From an uncultured virus (IMG/VR IMGVR_UViG_3300025773_000001) (lineage: Duplodnaviria > Heunggongvirae > Uroviricota > Caudoviricetes): a DNA stretch of 20,000 bases. The stretch is from the IMG/VR virus record IMGVR_UViG_3300025773_000001; one strand, written 5' to 3'. Position numbers and translations under genes: made by a program. Under the pieces are notes generated by a model. The model searched no databases. It was not told the DNA's origin and was given only the letters and a program-made list of their open reading frames with translations. This document shows positions 8,288-15,543 of the stretch, piece by piece (position 1 is the stretch's first letter; every line of letters starts with the position of its first letter).

Positions 8288-8296
8288 CTAAAAATC

Positions 8297-9016
8297 ATGG
8301 GACGCAGTACATTTGAAGGACCAATCATATCGGGCGACAACCGTTTTGGCGCTTTGCGCGATATTGGTTACACAGTTTTAGAGCAAGACTGCTACATTGA
8401 TCTCTCCAACACTACTGTTGGTACTGCTGGTTACAGCGGTGGATCTGGTCAATTTGTTTGGGGTAACAACATCCCTAACTTGAACGGCACTGTTTATACT
8501 CCTTCTAGCACATACAGTGCTAACGGTCCAACGACTCAAACAATCCCTGCGGACGCGTCTACACAGGTGTATCGTGGCGTGGTAATGTATTTACCAATTA
8601 ATAGCCAGATTCTCGACATCATTGTTGACTATCCTTTGGCAATTACTGGTGAGTCCGGCGCAACACTTTCTAACACAAGCGTGTTTGTTTCTAACGGCTA
8701 TACAGCTGCAGCAGGCACACCTGCTTACGCAACAGCGGTTATTTCTTCAAGCACAGGCGTTGGAACTGCTGGTCGTTTGACAACAACATACACAGGTACT
8801 AACTTGTTGAACATGTTGGCTACTACTTCTGACATTCAGAATCCAACACTCGGTGCTAACCCATCGTTTTTGTCTCAGATAGTATTCACGTTGTCTATCA
8901 CTGGTACAAGCGTTGCAGCTCCTACTGGCGGTAAGTTGAACTTTATTGTTCGCTACGCTCAGAATGACAACAACATTGGTACTTTGACAACTTACCCATA
9001 CGGTAACTTAGATTAA
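8297..9016 (+). CDS. Putative virion structural protein
   Basis: N-terminal STFEGPIISG resembles the TTFSGPV motif of post-capsid genes in related phages. T/S/G-rich beta composition, YLPINSQILDIIVD, RBS AAGGA. Confidence 0.7.
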   Translation: MGRSTFEGPIISGDNRFGALRDIGYTVLEQDCYIDLSNTTVGTAGYSGGSGQFVWGNNIPNLNGTVYTPSSTYSANGPTTQTIPADASTQVYRGVVMYLPINSQILDIIVDYPLAITGESGATLSNTSVFVSNGYTAAAGTPAYATAVISSSTGVGTAGRLTTTYTGTNLLNMLATTSDIQNPTLGANPSFLSQIVFTLSITGTSVAAPTGGKLNFIVRYAQNDNNIGTLTTYPYGNLD

Positions 9017-9021
9017 TCCCC

Positions 9022-9045
9022 TGGGGGCTTCGGCCCCCATTTCTT
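9022..9045 (+). terminator. GC hairpin with cUUCGg tetraloop, probable (leaky) terminator
   Basis: TGGGGGC-TTCG-GCCCCCA followed by TTTCTT. Confidence 0.75.
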
Positions 9046-9062
9046 AATTTAAGGAGCTTAAT

Positions 9063-9839
9063 ATGGCAAACCAAAGCCCAAATGGTACTCCAAGTACCAA
9101 TAACCAGTTCAATTCCATTACGCGTCAAGCGAGATACGAGCCTTTTGAGCTACAAGTTGCACGCGGTCAAATTTATGGTCATAGTGTTTTAAACATTTAT
9201 GGTTATCAAACAGCGGTAGGTACATCGTTTGTGCCTGTGTGGGAAGGTAATACCTCCTATACTTTTCCGTCATCTGCTATTCAAATGCACCTTGTCAGCT
9301 CTGTTAACACAGGTGCTGATGCAACTTCGTTGATAACCATCAACGGCTTGGATGCGAATTACAACCAAATTTCTGAGACTATCAAGCTAAACGGCACAAC
9401 GGCTGTAACTACAGTAAAGTCTTATTTCCGTATCAACAGTATGTCGGTCGCTAGTGGTGCCCCTACTGGTAACATTACGCTAAAAGACACATCAGATACA
9501 ACATTGTACGCAGAGATTGCAGCAGGCAACGGTCGAACTTTGATGGGCATTTACACCGTGCCCGCAGGATACACGTTCTACTTGAGCCGTATTGACATCA
9601 ATACCAGCTTGAACGCTAACCCCGCAGGTTTTGCAACATATCAGAACTATCAAACAAATAGTGCAGGGGTATCTAGCGTTACTGTTGTGGCTCCGTTTAC
9701 AAACAACTACCATACACAGCGAGTAATGCCCAGGCTTGTTTCTGAGAAAACGGACATCCAATTGCAAGCAAAAGTTAGTACCGGTACTGCGGCTTTGACA
9801 GTTTCGCAAGAAGGTTACTTGATCGCTAACGGGAATTAA
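9063..9839 (+). CDS. Putative virion structural protein (beta-rich)
   Basis: RBS AAGGAG. Motifs FELQVARGQI, ITINGLDANY, YTVPAGYTFYL and EKTDIQ. Confidence 0.7.
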   Translation: MANQSPNGTPSTNNQFNSITRQARYEPFELQVARGQIYGHSVLNIYGYQTAVGTSFVPVWEGNTSYTFPSSAIQMHLVSSVNTGADATSLITINGLDANYNQISETIKLNGTTAVTTVKSYFRINSMSVASGAPTGNITLKDTSDTTLYAEIAAGNGRTLMGIYTVPAGYTFYLSRIDINTSLNANPAGFATYQNYQTNSAGVSSVTVVAPFTNNYHTQRVMPRLVSEKTDIQLQAKVSTGTAALTVSQEGYLIANGN

Positions 9840-9841
9840 TC

Positions 9842-10156
9842 ATGGCTAAATCTCCAGCTTGGCAACGCAAGGAGGGGAAGAACCCGAACGGGGGGCTAAA
9901 CGCCAAGGGGCGGGCTTCTGCAAAGAAAGAAGGGCACAACCTAAAACCGCCTCAACCAGAGGGGGGATCAAGGAGAGACTCCTTTTGCGCAAGGATGAGT
10001 GGCATGAAGAAAAAGTTAACATCCTCGAAAACAGCGAGCGACCCAGACAGCCGGATTAATAAAAGTTTAAGAGCTTGGAATTGTGCAGAAGGTGGATATA
10101 TAAAAACAGCAGATGGTATTGCTGAACGGGGTCATACTAAAGGAAAATTTATATAA
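9842..10156 (+). CDS. Small basic protein (DUF6321-like) with C-terminal extension
   Basis: KNPNGGLNAKGRAS ... RRDSFCARMSG ... DPDSRINKSLRAWNC is recalled as the DUF6321 pattern; K/R-rich. Confidence 0.75.
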   Translation: MAKSPAWQRKEGKNPNGGLNAKGRASAKKEGHNLKPPQPEGGSRRDSFCARMSGMKKKLTSSKTASDPDSRINKSLRAWNCAEGGYIKTADGIAERGHTKGKFI

Positions 10157-10347
10157 TGGATACACATGATGCAAAAACAATGACAGATGGAGCAGCCGTA
10201 GTTATAGGACTGGGCGGTTTTATGTCATGGTTTCCACCTATTGTTGCATTGATTGGTGGTTTACTTACAATTGTTTGGATGACCATCAGGATTTGGGAAA
10301 CAGATACTGTTCAAAGATGGGTAAATAAAAATGCCAAGCAGCAGTAA
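10156..10347 (+). CDS. Small membrane protein (holin-like)
   Basis: TAATG coupling with the upstream gene. Hydrophobic segments AAVVIGLGGFMSWF and IVALIGGLLTIVWMTI, with a basic C-tail. Confidence 0.6.
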   Translation: MDTHDAKTMTDGAAVVIGLGGFMSWFPPIVALIGGLLTIVWMTIRIWETDTVQRWVNKNAKQQ

Positions 10348-10780
10348 AAAACAACATAATTTCATGGAAGCGGTGGCCCACAATCCATCGTTCGCCAAGA
10401 AAGTAGGGGTCCCTCAATCCGTGGGTAAAGACTTTAATCAGGCTGACAAAGGTAAGAAATTTGCAAAGGGTGGCGTGCCACGCCCAGAGTTAGAAGGTGT
10501 TAACAAAGCAAAGACTGCGCACGGTGCTTTGCAACTATTTTCAAAAGGCGGAAATATGAAAAAAATGATGAAAAAAATGTCTAGTGGTGGAGACACTTCT
10601 ATGTCAAACAAAAGCAAAGAAAGCAAAGGCATAACCAAAGAAACTATGGCTAAAGTTCGCACTGCAGCCCCTAGCAAAGATGGTATTGCTGAACGTGGTA
10701 AAACTCGCGCTATGATGCCTAAAATGTCTGGTAGCACAACCGGCATGAAAAAAGGCGGCATGGCTAAAATGAAAAAATAA
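10331..10780 (+). CDS. Lys/Met-rich basic protein with four x-x-GG motifs
   Basis: MPSSSKKQHNFMEAVAHNPSFAKKVGVPQSVGKDF N-module, then FAKGG, FSKGG, MSSGG and MKKGG. Confidence 0.8.
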   Translation: MPSSSKKQHNFMEAVAHNPSFAKKVGVPQSVGKDFNQADKGKKFAKGGVPRPELEGVNKAKTAHGALQLFSKGGNMKKMMKKMSSGGDTSMSNKSKESKGITKETMAKVRTAAPSKDGIAERGKTRAMMPKMSGSTTGMKKGGMAKMKK

Positions 10781-10789
10781 GGAACTGTT

Positions 10790-10990
10790 ATGAAAATGGA
10801 TCACCCCCCTTTAATGAACGAAATGACACCTGCTCACATGCACAATGTTGACCATGTTAAGAAGCACTACTCTGAAGGCGGACACATGCACCACCAAGAG
10901 CATGTCAGCAAGACGCACGGCAGCGACGGTCACAAGATGCACCACGAGCATGTTAAAGCCATGTGTGGTGGCGGGATGACTAAAAAATGA
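10790..10990 (+). CDS. His/Met-rich small protein
   Basis: RBS TAAGGA. 14 His and 9 Met in 66 aa. ATGA coupling with the next gene. Confidence 0.75.
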   Translation: MKMDHPPLMNEMTPAHMHNVDHVKKHYSEGGHMHHQEHVSKTHGSDGHKMHHEHVKAMCGGGMTKK

Positions 10991-11226
10991 TAGCAAGTCG
11001 GGGCATGGGAGCGGTTGCTTCCTCCAAAATGCCTAAAGGTGTGACCAAAGCTCGTCGCGACGATACGGACTTTCAAGAGTTCAAGAAAGGCGGCAAGATT
11101 GGTCTTTATGCCAACATCAACGCTAAGCGTAAGCGCGGCGAGAAGATGCGCAAGCCTGGTGACCCAGGTGCTCCGACCAAACAAGACTTCATCAATTCAG
11201 CTAAAACTGCTAAAGGTAAAAAATGA
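10987..11226 (+). CDS. Small basic two-module protein
   Basis: SRGMGA module, then FKKGG, then GLYANINAKRKRGEKMRKPGDPGAPT module. ATGA couplings at both ends. Confidence 0.78.
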   Translation: MIASRGMGAVASSKMPKGVTKARRDDTDFQEFKKGGKIGLYANINAKRKRGEKMRKPGDPGAPTKQDFINSAKTAKGKK

Positions 11227-11501
11227 GCTTACTTAAAAAACTCGAAGACGAAGCGCACTTGCTATTACAAGAGCTTCAACAGCACGTCATCAACCAAGTA
11301 TCTAGAGGCAACAAGATTAATCCTAAGTTGCAAGAGTTGCTTAACCATTTAGAAGACCATGTCAATCCTCCTGTGGCTGAGGTGGCTGCTGATCCTACTC
11401 CTGCTCCTGTTGAAGCTGCTCCAGTGGTTGCGGCAACATCTGTAGAAGACGCCCCTCAAACAGTCGCGCAAACACAATCTGCGGCTAACAAGGCTAACTA
11501 A
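11223..11501 (+). CDS. Hypothetical protein with helical N-terminus and Pro/Ala/Val-rich tail
   Basis: ATGA overlap; fills the gap in the operon without conflict. Confidence 0.7.
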   Translation: MSLLKKLEDEAHLLLQELQQHVINQVSRGNKINPKLQELLNHLEDHVNPPVAEVAADPTPAPVEAAPVVAATSVEDAPQTVAQTQSAANKAN

Positions 11502-11503
11502 TC

Positions 11504-11683
11504 ATGGCTGAAAAATTTATACAAAAAGCAATTAAAAAACCAGGAGCACTTCGTGAAGAATTGGGTATTAAGGCGGGCAAAACAATACCACCTAAGAAAC
11601 TTGCTGCAGCTGCTAAAAAGCCGGGCAAGCTTGGTCAACGTGCTAGATTTGCTGAAACGCTCAAAGGTATGAAGAAAAAATGA
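11504..11683 (+). CDS. Small very basic protein (59 aa; absent from ORF track)
   Basis: Manual translation: MAEKFIQKAIKKPGALREELGIKAGKTIPPKKLAAAAKKPGKLGQRARFAETLKGMKKK*. Its stop overlaps the ATG at 11680. Confidence 0.85.
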   Translation: MAEKFIQKAIKKPGALREELGIKAGKTIPPKKLAAAAKKPGKLGQRARFAETLKGMKKK

Positions 11684-12645
11684 CCATCTCCACGCTCAAT
11701 TCAATGACGTCCGGTACGGCGTCGTTTAACCTCAATCTCACCGAAGCGTGCGAAGAGGCGTATGAGCGTGCGGGGTATGAAATGCGTTCAGGCTATGACC
11801 TGCGAACTGCGCGTAGGTCACTTAACTTGTTATTTGCGGACTGGGCGAACCGTGGTATTAACATGTGGACAATTGAGCAAGGTACGATTACTTTGCAACA
11901 AGGACTAAATACATACGCGTTGCCCAATGACACAGTGGATCTTTTAGATCACGTTATTAGAACAAACCCTAACAACACATCCACTCAAGCAGACTTAACG
12001 ATTACGCGTATCAGCGTCTCTACTTACGCAACTGTTCCAAACAAACTTAATCAAGCGCGCCCCATTCAAGTGTGGGTTCAGCGTTTGGACGGACAGATTT
12101 ATCCAACGGGCTTCACCGTTGCCAGTGTTGTTAACCCAACAGACACAACTATTACGTTGACTTCTACAGCAAATTTAGCGACTGCTGGGTTTGTTAATTT
12201 GGTAAATGGAACAGTCACCGAAACAATCTACTACAACAACATATCAGGGAATACCCTTGGTAATTGTTTTAGAGGGCAAAATGGTACAACAGCTGCGCAG
12301 TTTCCTGTAGGTTCTGTAGTTAACGTTCCCAATCTTCCAGCTGTTACAGTTTGGCCTACACCAGACGGAGTACAGACGTATCAATTCGTGTACTGGCGCA
12401 TGCGCAGGACGCAGGACGCGTCTCAGTACGGTAATAACGTCATGGATGTACCATTCAGGTTTATTCCGGCTATGATTGCGGGGCTTGCCTATTATGTTGC
12501 GCTCAAAGTGCCAGACGGCATGAACCGTTTACAAATTCTTAAACAACAATACGACGAGTTCTGGGAACTTGCTGCGTACGAAGATCATGAGAAGGCTGCC
12601 CTACGCCTAGTGCCAAGGCAGATGTTCATAGGTGGCGGTTTTTAA
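11680..12645 (+). CDS. Putative head-tail connector/adaptor protein
   Basis: EEAYERAG, YDLRTARRSLNLLFADWANRG, VWPTPD and DVPFRFIPAMIAGLAYY fit a helical adaptor-type protein. An alternative start exists at ATG 11704. Confidence 0.65.
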   Translation: MTISTLNSMTSGTASFNLNLTEACEEAYERAGYEMRSGYDLRTARRSLNLLFADWANRGINMWTIEQGTITLQQGLNTYALPNDTVDLLDHVIRTNPNNTSTQADLTITRISVSTYATVPNKLNQARPIQVWVQRLDGQIYPTGFTVASVVNPTDTTITLTSTANLATAGFVNLVNGTVTETIYYNNISGNTLGNCFRGQNGTTAAQFPVGSVVNVPNLPAVTVWPTPDGVQTYQFVYWRMRRTQDASQYGNNVMDVPFRFIPAMIAGLAYYVALKVPDGMNRLQILKQQYDEFWELAAYEDHEKAALRLVPRQMFIGGGF

Positions 12646-13074
12646 ATGGGTAATCGGTTTTCATCAGGCAAGAACTCAATTGCCGAGTGTGATCGGTGTG
12701 GGTTTCAATTCAAACTGCGTGAACTTAAAAAAGAAGTCATCAAGACCAAAACGTATGACCTCAAAGTTTGCCCGCAGTGTTGGGATCCAGATCAGCCACA
12801 GTTGCAGCTTGGTATGTACCCGGTTGATGACCCACAGGGCGTTAGAGATCCAAGACCAGATACAACTTACATCACGTCTGGTCGTAACGGTTTGCAGGTA
12901 CAACAAGGAAACAGTTCCAGTGTTTTGCAAAATGGTGAGAATGAAGGAGGTAGCCGAATTATTCAATGGGGGTGGAATCCTGTTGGTGGTTCGGAATTTT
13001 TTGATGCAGCCCTTACGCCAAACAATTTGGCTTTGACCGTTGCAATTGGTACAGTTACAATCGTTACAACGTAG
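12646..13074 (+). CDS. Protein with N-terminal C4 zinc-finger-like motif
   Basis: ECDRCGF ... VCPQCWDPDQPQL ... DPRPD. Confidence 0.78.
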   Translation: MGNRFSSGKNSIAECDRCGFQFKLRELKKEVIKTKTYDLKVCPQCWDPDQPQLQLGMYPVDDPQGVRDPRPDTTYITSGRNGLQVQQGNSSSVLQNGENEGGSRIIQWGWNPVGGSEFFDAALTPNNLALTVAIGTVTIVTT

Positions 13075-13083
13075 GAGTTTATA

Positions 13084-13281
13084 ATGGCTAATAAAGAAAT
13101 GGACAAAGATCTTGCTCAAGACAAAAAAATGATCAAGAAAGCTTTTGGCATGCACGACAAACAGTTGCATGAAAACAAAAAAACAAACCTAACAAAGCTT
13201 AAAAAAGGCGGAGTAACAGGTCAAGCCATGCGCGCAGTTGGTCGCAATATGGCACGTGCCAACAACCAAAGGGGCAAGTAA
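13084..13281 (+). CDS. Small basic protein
   Basis: RBS AGGAG; K-rich; LKKGG motif; GRNMARANNQR. Confidence 0.78.
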   Translation: MANKEMDKDLAQDKKMIKKAFGMHDKQLHENKKTNLTKLKKGGVTGQAMRAVGRNMARANNQRGK

Positions 13282-13541
13282 TGGCTAATTTCAGCATGAA
13301 AAAGGGCGGTAAAGAAGTAGGTCCTGCATCTACTTATGCCGCTCCACATACTTCTGGCGGTAAAATGTTGGAAGAAAAAGACATCGGGTTTTCTGTTGAG
13401 ATGCCAACACGTAAAAACTGGACACCTCTAAACGGAAGCGTTTCTATTGGGCACAATGACATGGTTGAGTCTACCGGTATTGAGACACGTGGTAATGGTT
13501 GTGCTACTAAAGGAAGAATTGCTAGGGGACCAATGGCGTGA
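13281..13541 (+). CDS. Small basic protein
   Basis: TAATG coupling; MKKGG motif; C-terminal RGNGCATKGRIARGPMA. Confidence 0.78.
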   Translation: MANFSMKKGGKEVGPASTYAAPHTSGGKMLEEKDIGFSVEMPTRKNWTPLNGSVSIGHNDMVESTGIETRGNGCATKGRIARGPMA

Positions 13542-14485
13542 CATACACTGAGCTTGTAACTGCAATTCAGTCTTACACGGAGAATCAATTCCCCGCCGTA
13601 TATCTTGCTGATGGAACACAGGAATCTAGCACTTCGCAGATTAACCGTTTCATCGAGCAGGCTGAACAACGCATTTACAACACGATACAGTTCCCAAGCC
13701 TGCGTGCAAATAAGATAGGAACACTTACGGCGGGCAATTCATATTTGTCTTGCCCTGATGATTTTTTATCGGTTTATTCGCTTGCGGTTATTAATAACGG
13801 GACATACACATATCTAATTAACAAAGATGTTAATTTTATCCGTGAAGCATTCCCGACTGTATCAGCTGCATATTATCAGCAACCACAGTATTACGCGCTT
13901 TTTGGGCCAAGATACGGTAATGTAGCTGAACTTAGTTTTATTATTGGTCCAACACCAGACCAGTCTTATCCTGTAGAACTGCACTATTACTATTATCCTC
14001 CCACTATTATTCAAGGCGCCATTTCTGCAATTACAATAACTGCCGGTGGAACAGGGTATACCAATGGCACATACTACGATGTTCCTTTAACGGGCGGAAA
14101 TGGAAATTCGGCAACTGCTACCATTACGGTAGCGGGCACAGCCGTTACAAGCATTACTCCAACAACCGGAGGGGCGTTATATTCTGTTGGTGATTCACTT
14201 ACAGCACCGAATGCGTATATTGGTAGCGGTGGGTCTAATTTTACAGCGTCTGTTAGCGCCGTAACAAATACAACAGGAACCACATGGCTTGGGGATAATT
14301 ACGATTCTGTTTTGTTGTATGGCGCTTTAGTGGAAGCGTATACGTTTATGAAGGGCGAAGCCGATATTATTACGCTCTATGATACTAAGTACAAAGAAGC
14401 ACTTGCAGAAGCCAAACGTTTAGGTGATGGCCTTGAGAGACAAGACGCATACAGGTCTGGTCAGTATCGTCAGAAGGTTACATAA
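13538..14485 (+). CDS. Putative head-tail adaptor / tail tubular protein with inserted beta domain
   Basis: GTG start overlapping the upstream stop. MTYTELVTAIQSYTEN, FIEQAEQRIY, GPTPDQSYPVELHYYYYP and TTWLGDNYDSVLLYGALVEA motifs. Confidence 0.7.
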   Translation: MTYTELVTAIQSYTENQFPAVYLADGTQESSTSQINRFIEQAEQRIYNTIQFPSLRANKIGTLTAGNSYLSCPDDFLSVYSLAVINNGTYTYLINKDVNFIREAFPTVSAAYYQQPQYYALFGPRYGNVAELSFIIGPTPDQSYPVELHYYYYPPTIIQGAISAITITAGGTGYTNGTYYDVPLTGGNGNSATATITVAGTAVTSITPTTGGALYSVGDSLTAPNAYIGSGGSNFTASVSAVTNTTGTTWLGDNYDSVLLYGALVEAYTFMKGEADIITLYDTKYKEALAEAKRLGDGLERQDAYRSGQYRQKVT

Positions 14486-14486
14486 A

Positions 14487-14915
14487 ATGGCATTTACTGG
14501 CAACTGGGCGTGTGATGTATTTAAGACCGGCATGATGAACGGGGTGTATAACTTTACATCCGGTAACTTCTATATCGCGCTTTACACCAATTCCGCCACA
14601 CTTAACCAAACCACACAAACTTACACCAATGCGGGTGAAATTAGTGGTGGCAGTTATACAGCAGGCGGTCAATTACTTGTTGTCAATCAACTTCCAACAA
14701 CAGGATCAAGTGGAGACACGGCTTATGTATCTTTTGCCAACGCGGTTTGGACAGGATCTATAAGTGCAAGAGGTGCTTTGGTATATCTAAATAACGGTAC
14801 AACAAACCCCGCAGTTTTTGTTTTAGATTTTGGTGCGTCTAAAACGTCTAATGCCACATTCACAGTTCAATTTCCCGCCGCCACAAACACATCAGCGATT
14901 ATTCGCATTTCTTAA
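14487..14915 (+). CDS. Putative virion structural (tail) protein
   Basis: Likely start is ATG 14487 (MAFTGN), just after the upstream stop, not 14424. Motifs FYIALYT, YTAGG, ARGALVY and VLDFG. Confidence 0.72.
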   Translation: MAFTGNWACDVFKTGMMNGVYNFTSGNFYIALYTNSATLNQTTQTYTNAGEISGGSYTAGGQLLVVNQLPTTGSSGDTAYVSFANAVWTGSISARGALVYLNNGTTNPAVFVLDFGASKTSNATFTVQFPAATNTSAIIRIS

Positions 14916-14924
14916 GGAACTAAT

Positions 14925-15530
14925 ATGACTAACGAAAAATCAGGATTTGGAGACAACGCAATAGCGACACTACAGACCAACGCTAAAGTACCAGAGGGTA
15001 TGGGCATTGAGGGCTGGTACCATGTTGTGTGCCGAGATGCACAGGGTAATCTAAAGTGGGAAGAAGAGTTTCCTAACTTAGTGGTAGCTGTAGGTAAGCA
15101 GTTGATGCTTGACACTTTGCTTAGAACTTCAGGAACTTATACGACTGTTGGGCCTTTCCTTGGTTTACTTAATGCAAGTATCACTGCCGCAGCAACAGAC
15201 ACGATGAGCACGATTGTGCCTTCTAAAGAGTTTGTCAACTACACGGTTGGCGGTTCAGCAGTGCGCGGTACAGCAGTTTTTGCTGCGTCTACAAGTACAG
15301 GTTCTACACCTTCTAACGTTACATCAAGTACAGCTACAGCAATTACTTACACAATCACAAGTACAGGCGGTACGGTGTATGGTTGCTTCTTGGTTACAGG
15401 CACTGGCGCGGTCAACACACAACTCAGCACTGCGGGTACTTTGTATTCTGAAGGAAACTTTGGTACAGCAAAAACAACGACAGCCGGAGATACTGTCAGC
15501 GTTACTTTTTCGACCACCGCTACGTCTTAA
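14925..15530 (+). CDS. Putative virion structural (tail) protein
   Basis: RBS TAAGGA. Motifs GNLKWEEEFPNLVVAVGK, GTVYGCFL, GTLYS and GDTVSVT; T/S/G-rich. Confidence 0.72.
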   Translation: MTNEKSGFGDNAIATLQTNAKVPEGMGIEGWYHVVCRDAQGNLKWEEEFPNLVVAVGKQLMLDTLLRTSGTYTTVGPFLGLLNASITAAATDTMSTIVPSKEFVNYTVGGSAVRGTAVFAASTSTGSTPSNVTSSTATAITYTITSTGGTVYGCFLVTGTGAVNTQLSTAGTLYSEGNFGTAKTTTAGDTVSVTFSTTATS

Positions 15531-15543
15531 TTAAGGGGTATGT

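Noticed and set aside
7309..8296. Group I intron hosting the endonuclease
   Set aside because: The capsid gene ends normally with a terminator, the next gene has its own promoter, RBS and intact start, and the flanks are too short for an intron core.
10528..10552. LQLFSKGG resembles the Prp cleavage site of ribosomal protein L27 (LQxF/AxKKG)
   Set aside because: Single internal occurrence; the other GG motifs lack LQxF, and nothing here indicates a Prp-encoding host.
12632..13036. 134-aa alternative-frame ORF over the zinc-finger gene
   Set aside because: The 12646 frame has the ATG start, CxxC motifs and proper coupling; this frame has none of these.
14424..14486. Upstream start for the 14487 gene as given in the track
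   Set aside because: It overlaps the previous gene by 62 bp; ATG 14487 directly after the stop is more plausible.
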